Below are positions 28,311-34,284 of a stretch of 34,284 nt of DNA, one piece after another; the stretch's first letter is position 1, and every line of letters begins with the position of its first letter. The stretch lies in NCBI GenBank assembly GCA_050246815.1, contig JBFWVI010000036.1:1-34284 (forward strand), read 5' to 3'. The translations under genes were made by a program, and so were the position numbers. Under the pieces are notes generated by a model that searched no databases, had not been told where the DNA came from, and saw only the letters and a program-made list of their open reading frames with translations. The stretch is from Bdellovibrionales bacterium. Lineage in GTDB: Bacteria; Bdellovibrionota; Bdellovibrionia; Bdellovibrionales; UBA1609.

Positions 28311-28414
28311 GTTTTTAGTACAGCGATGAAGCCAAACCGGGTCAATCGCTATCAACCGTAAGTGGTTAAATTCCGATAAATAAAGACGAAACTTTATGCG
28401 AAGGACAATCTTCT

Positions 28415-29371
28415 ATGAGTTGGCTGAAAGCCGCCCGCCCGGCTGCCGGTTTGATGGACGCAAAACTGTCGGCTTTGTTTGATTCTGCCGGCAAGATCAT
28501 TTTGGGGAAGCCCCATCAACTGCAACTGGCATTGTGTGCTTTGCTGTCCGACGGCCATGTGTTGATCGAGGATGTTCCAGGCGTGGGTAAAACCACATTG
28601 GTGAAGACCTTGGCGACATTGTTGGGTTTAAAGTCCAATCGTATTCAATTCACCAATGATCTTCTGCCGGCGGACATTTTGGGGACCTCGGTTTTTGATC
28701 AGCAAATGCATCGTTTCATTTTTCACCCAGGCCCTATTTTTGGACAAATGGTCATCGCCGATGAGTTGAACCGCGCCACCGCCAAAACTCAAAGTGCACT
28801 TTTGCAGGCGATGGAAGAGCGGCATGTGACGGTGGATGGTCTAACTCATGAGCTGCCCAAGCCCTTTTTTGTGGTGGCCACGCAAAACCCGAAAGAGCAA
28901 ATGGGCACTTATCCATTGCCCGAGTCGCAGCTGGATCGTTTTTTAATGCGCATTGACCTAGGTTATCCGGACCGCGCCGCCGAGGCCGAACTTCTAAAGG
29001 GCGAACGCCGTGACTCTTTACTGGAACAGTTGAAGGCGGTGGCTCAGCCGGAAGATTTGCACCGCTGGCAAGCGCAGATCAATCATGTGCACGTCAGTGA
29101 CCCTTTGATTCGTTATTTGCAGGATTTGATCGACTACACTCGTTCGCGGCCGCACGAGATGCAGGGGCTTTCGCCGCGAGCCGGTTTGGCCTGGTTGAGA
29201 GCCGCTCGTGCCTGGTCTTTTTTGCAGAATCGCAATATGGTTTTACCCGAAGACGTCCAAGCCGTGGGTGTGGCCATCATGTCGCATCGCCTGAATTTGA
29301 GCCGTGGTGGAGCCGTCTTAAGCGGCGACCAACTGGCGCGTCAAGTTTTGGGTGCTGTGCCGGTCGAGTGA
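28415..29371 (+). CDS. MoxR-family AAA+ ATPase
   Basis: HVLIEDVPGVGKT, RIQFTNDLLPADILG, DELNRA..KTQSALLQAMEE, ATQNP, YPLPESQLDRF, GLSPRA. Confidence 0.95.
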   Translation: MSWLKAARPAAGLMDAKLSALFDSAGKIILGKPHQLQLALCALLSDGHVLIEDVPGVGKTTLVKTLATLLGLKSNRIQFTNDLLPADILGTSVFDQQMHRFIFHPGPIFGQMVIADELNRATAKTQSALLQAMEERHVTVDGLTHELPKPFFVVATQNPKEQMGTYPLPESQLDRFLMRIDLGYPDRAAEAELLKGERRDSLLEQLKAVAQPEDLHRWQAQINHVHVSDPLIRYLQDLIDYTRSRPHEMQGLSPRAGLAWLRAARAWSFLQNRNMVLPEDVQAVGVAIMSHRLNLSRGGAVLSGDQLARQVLGAVPVE

Positions 29372-29380
29372 GTCAACGCC

Positions 29381-30310
29381 ATGGCGGCCGCTGAAACGCA
29401 AAGACTCAAACGCATTTACATCGTGCCCACCATGCATGGCGTGGCTTTTTTGGGCCTGATTGTGGTGGTCATTCTAGTCGGCGCCGCAAGCGGCAACAAC
29501 TTGGTTTATGGTTTGGCGTTCACACTATTCGCGGTTTACATGCTCAGTATGATCTCGACCAACGCCAACCTGAAATCCTTGGACTTTGAATTGCTCGAAA
29601 GCGAAGATTCCCACGCCGGGGAAACCGGAAACCTGAGCTTGGTGTTGATCAACAACAGTCGCAAAGCCCGATTTTTAGTGCGTGGAAAACTGCGCCGCGG
29701 ATCGACGAACAAGTTGGGTGCTTTGGTGCAAGAGCTGCCGTCGGATTCGCGATCTGTGCTTAGAATCCCGTTGCGGTTTGAAAAACGGGGCGTTTACGAC
29801 CTACCGATCCTGCAATTTTCAACCGTCTATCCGATGGGACTTTTTTCAGCCTGGGCGAATATTCGCCCGCAAGGTAAGTATTTCGTTTACCCGAAGCGAG
29901 CGGGAGGCATGACGCTTGAAACGGGGCGCCAAGGTGTGGGGGGGGCGGGTCAGGGTGGGCGCGGACGCGAGACGCAGCACGAAGATTTTCGTGAACATAG
30001 CCGCTACCAAGTGGGGGAATCGCAACACCAAGTGGACTGGAAAGTTTTTGCACGACACGGCGAAATGCTCAGCAAACGCTATGACAATTCGGTGCCGCAC
30101 CATTTTATTTTAAGCTGGCAACAAGTGGCGCATTTGCCTCGCGAGGAGGGTTTAAGTCAGTTGGCCCAGTGGGTGGCCGATTTGCGTCAGAGTGAAAATA
30201 GCTTTGAACTTCATTTGCCAAGTGGTCATGTGGGACGCGGACGTGGTCATCACCATGGTCAACACTGTTTGCGCGAGTTGGCTCGCTGGCCCGAAGAGGC
30301 CGCCGCATGA
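29381..30310 (+). CDS. DUF58 domain-containing protein
   Basis: RIYIVPT..G, two N-terminal TM helices, NNLVY, YPMGLF..W, EDFREHSRYQVGES..QVDWKVFAR; follows moxR. Confidence 0.88.
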   Translation: MAAAETQRLKRIYIVPTMHGVAFLGLIVVVILVGAASGNNLVYGLAFTLFAVYMLSMISTNANLKSLDFELLESEDSHAGETGNLSLVLINNSRKARFLVRGKLRRGSTNKLGALVQELPSDSRSVLRIPLRFEKRGVYDLPILQFSTVYPMGLFSAWANIRPQGKYFVYPKRAGGMTLETGRQGVGGAGQGGRGRETQHEDFREHSRYQVGESQHQVDWKVFARHGEMLSKRYDNSVPHHFILSWQQVAHLPREEGLSQLAQWVADLRQSENSFELHLPSGHVGRGRGHHHGQHCLRELARWPEEAAA

Positions 30311-32277
30311 ACGGTTGGCAAAGACGACTGGTTTTTATTTTGATCATGGCCAACGTGGTTGTTCACTACGGCGATATGCCCAGCTGGATTCCGACCTTAG
30401 GTTTGTTGTTTGTGGGCTGGCGCTGGGTCGCGGACCTTTATCACCGTATTCCTTGCCCAGGCCGGGTGGGTGCGGCGATTTTCGCAGTGGTGGCGACTGT
30501 GGGCGTATGGGCCGAATTTTCACGTTTGATCGGGGACCCGGCATCGACTGCGCTTTTAATTATCATGGTGGCATTAAAAACCTTCGAGATCCGCGGCTAT
30601 CGCGATTTGATGATCGTAACTTATCTTTGTTTACTTTTGTTAATGGCCAAGTTGTTGTCTTCGCAAACTTTGGGCATTACGATATTTATGTTTGCCGATG
30701 TCACGACGATCTTGGCGCTGATGCATCTTTATCATCTTCCCGAGAGGCAAGGGGGGGTGCCATGGCGCCGTGCGGGCCGCCTGCTTTTGCAAGCGGTGCC
30801 AGTGCTGGCCGCGCTCTTCTTTTTGTTCCCGCGTTTTAATTTTTCGTTGTTTCAAAGAGCGACTGAGCCGGCAAGTCGTATGGGTTTTTCTGGCCATATC
30901 CGACCAGGTTCGGTGGCGCAACTGGCGCAAAGTGACCAAGTGGCCTTCAGGGCCTTTTTTCGCACCGGCTATCAGCCGCCGGCCAGTCGTTTGTATTGGC
31001 GGGGTGCGGTTCTTGAGCAGTCCAATGGCCTCAACTGGGATCCAAGCACCGTTCGTCGCAAGCTTGAAACCAAGATTCCCGGTGAGAATGTGGTTGAAAT
31101 TATGATGGAGGCCGGTGATGCCAACTGGTTATTCACCCTGGATTGGCCGCTGCATATGGTGATGGGGTCCTCGCTACGTCAAGAGCAGGTCGAAGAATCC
31201 GCAGGTTTAAGTTACAGCCTGAAAACTCCTTTGATGGAGCGCGAAACATATGCCGTGAGCTTCACAACCGCGCCGCGCGAAATCAATTGGGACACCACCG
31301 AGGCCGAACGCTCTTTGCAAGTGGCTAAACCTGGCTGGCGACTGCGTGAACTTTTGAGTGCTTGGCAGAGTCATAAGGGCAAGCCTCAAGAGGCCTTAAA
31401 GGTGATTCAAGATTACCTGGTAACGCAAAAATTCGCCTACACGCTGACGCCACCCGAAATTGACGATTTAGATGAATTTTTATTCCAAACCAAAAGTGGT
31501 TTCTGCGAGCATTTTGCCGGCGCTGTGGCCAGTCTTTTACGTCATTTGAATGTACCGGCCCGAGTGATCGTGGGCTATCATGGCGGCTCGCCAAGTCTTA
31601 TGAATGACTATTTGCTTGTTTATCAGCGCGATGCCCATGCTTGGGTGGAGTATTGGGATAAAACCCGTCAACAATGGGTCAGACTTGATCCCACCACGTG
31701 GGTGGCTGCTGATCGCGCGATCAGCACGGCACCCGGTTTTGAAGCTTGGCAAAATAATCCCTTGGCGAAGTGGCTGGGGCCTGAGTTCGCAAGCTTTTTG
31801 GTGCGCGGACGCTTGGCGGTTGATCAAGCCGAAATTTTATGGATCACCATGTTGCTGCGTTATGATTTCAACTACCAGCGTGAGATGTTTGCGCGCTGGG
31901 GTTTGGGTGCCATCACCAGGGGGTTGTTGTTTGGCCTAAGTTTGGCCGCCGTGGTGATTTTGGGGTTGCTGTTTTATGCGGCAATTCGCCTTGGTGCGCG
32001 GCGGCGCGTGGAGCCTGAGGTGGAGCTGTACAGGATGCTGTGTCAACGCCTTGAGAAGGCCGGCTTAAAGCGTGCGGCGAACGAAGGGCCGCTTGAGCTG
32101 CTAAAACGCGCAAAATCGCAATGGCCTTCACAGGGCCCAATTTTGGAAGAGCTTTTTGGCTTTTGGATAGCGCTACGCTATGGTCAAGAGCGTTTTAGCG
32201 AAAAGGCTGCGGGCGCTTGGCGACAAAGACTTAGAAAGCTGACCTTACAGACGGATGCCGGGGCGCAACAAGATTGA
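30307..32277 (+). CDS. Transglutaminase-like membrane protein (TgpA/DUF3488 plus TG domain)
   Basis: N-terminal TM helices, LFPR, LYWRGAVL, catalytic triad GFCEHFA / DAHAWVEYW / RLDPT. Confidence 0.92.
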   Translation: MNGWQRRLVFILIMANVVVHYGDMPSWIPTLGLLFVGWRWVADLYHRIPCPGRVGAAIFAVVATVGVWAEFSRLIGDPASTALLIIMVALKTFEIRGYRDLMIVTYLCLLLLMAKLLSSQTLGITIFMFADVTTILALMHLYHLPERQGGVPWRRAGRLLLQAVPVLAALFFLFPRFNFSLFQRATEPASRMGFSGHIRPGSVAQLAQSDQVAFRAFFRTGYQPPASRLYWRGAVLEQSNGLNWDPSTVRRKLETKIPGENVVEIMMEAGDANWLFTLDWPLHMVMGSSLRQEQVEESAGLSYSLKTPLMERETYAVSFTTAPREINWDTTEAERSLQVAKPGWRLRELLSAWQSHKGKPQEALKVIQDYLVTQKFAYTLTPPEIDDLDEFLFQTKSGFCEHFAGAVASLLRHLNVPARVIVGYHGGSPSLMNDYLLVYQRDAHAWVEYWDKTRQQWVRLDPTTWVAADRAISTAPGFEAWQNNPLAKWLGPEFASFLVRGRLAVDQAEILWITMLLRYDFNYQREMFARWGLGAITRGLLFGLSLAAVVILGLLFYAAIRLGARRRVEPEVELYRMLCQRLEKAGLKRAANEGPLELLKRAKSQWPSQGPILEELFGFWIALRYGQERFSEKAAGAWRQRLRKLTLQTDAGAQQD

Positions 32278-32308
32278 CCCTCATCGCCGCATCAGTTAGC
32301 CCTAAATC

Positions 32309-34284
32309 ATGACTCCCTTGATGCAGCAATTTTGGCAGATCAAATCTGCTCATACCGACAAAATCCTTTTATTTCGCATGGGCGATTTTTTCGAGATGTT
32401 CCATCAAGATGCCGAAGTTGCTGCGCCGATCTTGGGAATTGCGCTGACTTCGCGCAACCGCAAATCCGGCGATGACACCAAAATGTGCGGTGTGCCCCAC
32501 CATAGTATCGCAGGTCCCATTGCCAAGCTGTTGGCGGCAGGCCACAAAGTGGCTATCTGTGATCAAATCGAAGATCCGGCCACTGCCAAAGGCTTGGTGA
32601 AGAGAGCCGTGACCCGCATTCTTTCGCCCGGCATGGTTTATGACCCGGCTACTCTAGATCAAATGAGCGGCAATTACATTTGCGCATATGACGATGTCAG
32701 CGTCAGCTTTTTAGAGCCCACCACGGGCGAGGCCTTTTACTACAAAACTTCCGCGCCTGAAGCCCGCGAAAGGCTGTGGCACCTGCTCTGCCCCAGGGAA
32801 CTGATTTTAACGGCCGAACAACGTCAAGCTTTAGGACCTCAACCGGATCATTGGCGCGTGCACTTAACAGTGGTGGAATCTTTGAAAACAGAAGAGGCCG
32901 CAGCCTTGCCTTCGAGTGCGGTGCGACTACTTGAATATGCCGCCAACATGCAGGGGGCTGAATTGCGTCAAACCGTGCGCGATTGGCAGTCGCGTGATTT
33001 ACACCGCCATTTAGACTTGTCGGCGACCACGGTTCGTCATTTGGAGTTGCTGCAGACCTTTAAGGGGGATCGCCGCGGCTCTTTGTTGCATGCGGTGGAT
33101 CGCACCAAAACCGCCGCGGGTGCGCGGACCCTGAAGCATTGGTTGCAGTTTCCTTTGAGCGATTTGGGCGAAATTTTGGCGCGTCAAGAGCAAGTGGCGT
33201 TTTGGACCCAAAACAGCGAGGCATTAAAGGCGGTTCGTGATGTTTTGGCGACCATGGGCGACATTGAACGACGTTTGGGCAAGATCGCCAATCCCAATTG
33301 CAATGCCCGTGATCTGTTGGCTTTGGCGCAGTCTCTGCGCGCAGGTTTGACCGTGGCGCCTCTCTGCCCCCCTCAAGAGGGTGAGGCCGAGCTAATCGAA
33401 CTTGCCAATGGTTTGGCCACTCGCATGGAGAACGAATTGGTCGAAGATCCGCCCCTGGCCACTCGGCAGGGGGGCATATTCAAGCGTTCAGTCATGAAGG
33501 CCTTGGATGAATTGATCGACTTGACCGAGGATGCGCAAAAACTACTGCTTGAGCTTGAGCAGCGCGAGCGGGAACAAAGCGGGATCAACTCACTCAAAGT
33601 ACGGTTCAACAATGTTTTTGGCTATTATTTAGAAGTCACTAACACTCACACCCATAAAGTGCCGGCTCGATACCAGCGCAAACAAACTTTGGCCAATGCC
33701 GAACGTTACACGACGGATGAGCTTGCGACATTGGAAGCAAAAATTTTATCCGCCCATGCCAAACGCGGCGAATTGGAAAGTGAGATGTTTCATGCCTTGC
33801 GCGCCAAAATACTACAGGCCAGTGCCGATCTTTTGCAGTTGGCCCGCCGCTGGAGCGAGTTGGACGTGTTCACCGGATTGGCCTGGTTGGCACTTGAACG
33901 CGAGTATGTGCGTCCGACATTCACAAAAACCGAATTGAATTTGAAGTCTTCGCGTCACCCGGTGGTCGAGCAAGAAATCCAGCAGACCTTTGTGGCCAAC
34001 GATATTATTCTAAAAAATGGCGAGTGCCTGCTTTTGACCGGACCCAATATGGCCGGGAAAAGCACTTTGATGCGACAGGTGGCGGTGGCTGTTATCTTGG
34101 CGCAGGTGGGCAGCTTTGTGCCTGCGGCAGATGCCGAGTTGCCTGTGTTCACCAGCATTTTCACCCGCATCGGCGCCAGTGATTTTTTGAGCGAAGGACT
34201 TTCGACCTTCATGGTTGAAATGAAAGAAGCCGCCGAAATTTTAGCTCGTGCCGATCCGCGTTCGCTGGTGATTTTAGACGAGAT
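32309..34284 (+). CDS. mutS: DNA mismatch repair protein MutS (partial, runs off the window)
   Basis: Translated by hand: MTPLMQQFWQIK...LFRMGDFFEMF...MCGVPHH...KVAICDQ. Walker A GPNMAGKST at 34040 is in frame, followed by IFTRIGASD, STFMVEM and SLVILDE. Confidence 0.97.
   Translation, partial: MTPLMQQFWQIKSAHTDKILLFRMGDFFEMFHQDAEVAAPILGIALTSRNRKSGDDTKMCGVPHHSIAGPIAKLLAAGHKVAICDQIEDPATAKGLVKRAVTRILSPGMVYDPATLDQMSGNYICAYDDVSVSFLEPTTGEAFYYKTSAPEARERLWHLLCPRELILTAEQRQALGPQPDHWRVHLTVVESLKTEEAAALPSSAVRLLEYAANMQGAELRQTVRDWQSRDLHRHLDLSATTVRHLELLQTFKGDRRGSLLHAVDRTKTAAGARTLKHWLQFPLSDLGEILARQEQVAFWTQNSEALKAVRDVLATMGDIERRLGKIANPNCNARDLLALAQSLRAGLTVAPLCPPQEGEAELIELANGLATRMENELVEDPPLATRQGGIFKRSVMKALDELIDLTEDAQKLLLELEQREREQSGINSLKVRFNNVFGYYLEVTNTHTHKVPARYQRKQTLANAERYTTDELATLEAKILSAHAKRGELESEMFHALRAKILQASADLLQLARRWSELDVFTGLAWLALEREYVRPTFTKTELNLKSSRHPVVEQEIQQTFVANDIILKNGECLLLTGPNMAGKSTLMRQVAVAVILAQVGSFVPAADAELPVFTSIFTRIGASDFLSEGLSTFMVEMKEAAEILARADPRSLVILDE

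Noticed and set aside
32309..34284. mutS as a pseudogene because it is missing from the ORF track
   Set aside because: The start and Walker A motif are in the same frame; the gene simply has no stop codon inside the window.

Overview
Mostly core chromosome of a Gram-negative bacterium. Gene content and protein style suggest Bdellovibrionota, which is an inference. From left to right: an rnc-era-der operon with an NSS-family Na+ symporter; a divergent small outer-membrane beta-barrel gene; a purine operon (purM-orf-purB-purC-purS-purQ-purL-purF) containing an unexplained degenerate FAD-fold gene; two tandem paralogous secreted beta-barrel-like genes; a stand-alone HUH/Y1 (IS200/RAYT-like) transposase gene; an FAH-family hydrolase; a peptidoglycan-recycling cluster (LD-carboxypeptidase, SxxK serine hydrolase, mpl); a Cys-rich secreted protein resembling a catalytically dead zinc peptidase; two tandem GT-C-type membrane glycosyltransferase genes (YfhO-like and DUF2723); a MoxR-DUF58-transglutaminase triad; and the 5' part of mutS, which the ORF track omits because it runs off the window. 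The most unusual element is the Y1 transposase locus. It is flanked by an inverted pair of ~80-90 bp repeats and a long downstream hairpin, all keeping a CATCC-containing loop on different stems, which makes it a candidate RAYT/REP-type system. No rRNA, tRNA or CRISPR array was seen.
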